Program-made: the position numbers and the translations under genes
Assembly (NCBI RefSeq): GCF_000018105.1
Contig: NC_009925.1
Coordinates: 4,620,001 to 4,652,000 of the forward strand
Reading direction: 5' to 3'
Length of the DNA stretch: 32,000 nucleotides
Origin: Acaryochloris marina MBIC11017
GTDB taxonomy: Bacteria; Cyanobacteriota; Cyanobacteriia; Thermosynechococcales; Thermosynechococcaceae
Shown here: positions 31,219-32,000 of the stretch, in pieces
How positions within the stretch are numbered: the first letter of the stretch is position 1
How the letters are laid out: each line of letters opens with the position of its first letter
Notes under the pieces: model-generated
What the model saw: the letters and a program-made list of their open reading frames with translations, nothing else
Told to the model about the DNA's origin: nothing
Database searches by the model: none

Positions 31219-32000
31219 TTAGTCCCTAAACTTAAGGCTTAGATCCAACCAACTCGCTTGGGTAATCGTGGCGCTCGTAGAGATATAGTCCACGCCTGTT
31301 TCAGCAACAGCCCTAATGGTTTGCAAATTGATATTCCCCGACGCTTCAATTTTGACCGTGTTGGCACACTGAGATCGAATGAGTTTGACGGCAGATTGCA
31401 TCTGCTCAACCGCCATATTGTCGAGCATAATGATATCGGCCTGATGGTCTACGGCCTGCTGAACCTGCTCCAGGGTCTCTGTTTCCACTTCAATGGCCAG
31501 GGGAAACGGAATGTGCTGACGCACGCGACGAATAGCCTCACCGATACCCCCAGCAGCAAAAATATGGTTGTCCTTTATCATCACCGCATCATCCAAGCCC
31601 ATACGATGATTGACGGCCCCTCCGACCTGGGTGGCATATTTTTCTAAGATGCGTAAACCTGGGGTCGTTTTGCGGGTATCAACAAGCTGGGTGGGCAGAT
31701 CCGCAATTTTCTCGGCATAGGTGCGAGTGAGAGATGCGATGCCACTTAACGGCATGATCAGGTTAAGGGCAACACGCTCTCCCATCAGTAAAGCTCCCAT
31801 TGGCCCTTGGAGCTGAGCAACGACGGTTCCAGAGGGGCTGTTCTTTCCCTCTGGAACGAGAGGATTTATCGCTACCTGGGAGCTTAGGAGATGAAATACG
31901 CGCTGAAACAAAGGTAGACCGGCAACTACCCCCGACTGCTTTAAGCGAAGTTCAGCTTGCCCCCAATGGGCTTCTGATCCTTCAGGCCAGAGGGCTTGGG
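31219..32000 (-). CDS. nadC: Nicotinate-nucleotide pyrophosphorylase (quinolinate phosphoribosyltransferase), 5' end beyond the window
   Basis: LLMGERVALNL...SGIASLT, VDTRKTTPGLR.LEKYA...GGA.NHR.GLDDAVMIKDNH, IEVE...L.Q...A......DIIMLDN, IEASG.I. The reading frame stays open upstream of the track's TTG (31911) to the window edge. Confidence 0.9.
   Translation of the reverse strand, partial: QALWPEGSEAHWGQAELRLKQSGVVAGLPLFQRVFHLLSSQVAINPLVPEGKNSPSGTVVAQLQGPMGALLMGERVALNLIMPLSGIASLTRTYAEKIADLPTQLVDTRKTTPGLRILEKYATQVGGAVNHRMGLDDAVMIKDNHIFAAGGIGEAIRRVRQHIPFPLAIEVETETLEQVQQAVDHQADIIMLDNMAVEQMQSAVKLIRSQCANTVKIEASGNINLQTIRAVAETGVDYISTSATITQASWLDLSLKFRD

Noticed and set aside
1-32000. Search for tRNA, rRNA, tmRNA, transposase/integrase genes or terminal inverted repeats flanking the AT-rich or low-GC segments
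   Set aside because: I found no cloverleaf-like sequences in the intergenic regions by eye and no transposase or integrase motifs in any frame. So there is no direct evidence that the 14.6-21 kb segment is a mobile element. tRNAscan or Infernal would be needed to be definitive about small RNAs.

Overview
The window is gene-dense cyanobacterial chromosome. I counted at least 15 copies of the HIP1 octamer GCGATCGC by eye, and the gene set includes an HLIP, a PGR5 homologue, FtsH, RbcR/Ycf30 and a large WD40 protein. I saw no rRNA, tRNA, CRISPR array, transposase or integrase.

Recognisable genes:
- + strand: hli (34-186, missing from the ORF track), group-2 sigma-70 factor, pgr5-like small ORF, DUF2949-like ORF + ftsH, pseudo-receiver/PstS-like membrane protein, pdxH, PlsY-like/PPDK_N-like fusion, aldo/keto reductase, kptA.
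- - strand: a coiled-coil/TPR membrane protein, a cupin/GNAT/GNAT/cupin cluster, a cyclophilin, and the run nadC (partial) - rbcR - Ser/Thr kinase - APH-fold kinase - small beta-sandwich-like protein - FHA protein.

The segment from about 14.6 to 26 kb looks accessory:
- A ~750-bp AT-rich non-coding tract leads into a tandemly duplicated two-gene cassette (15382-17791). It encodes signal-peptide proteins I cannot assign to any family. This is my best candidate for an undescribed system.
- A lower-GC patch holds kptA, a 48-aa secreted Cys-loop peptide and a signal-peptide protein with about 38% Arg in its mature region.
- A translationally overlapping pair of P-loop NTPases follows, the second fused through a hydrophobic helix to 14 WD40 blades.

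All functional calls rest on motif recognition by eye. No database search was possible.
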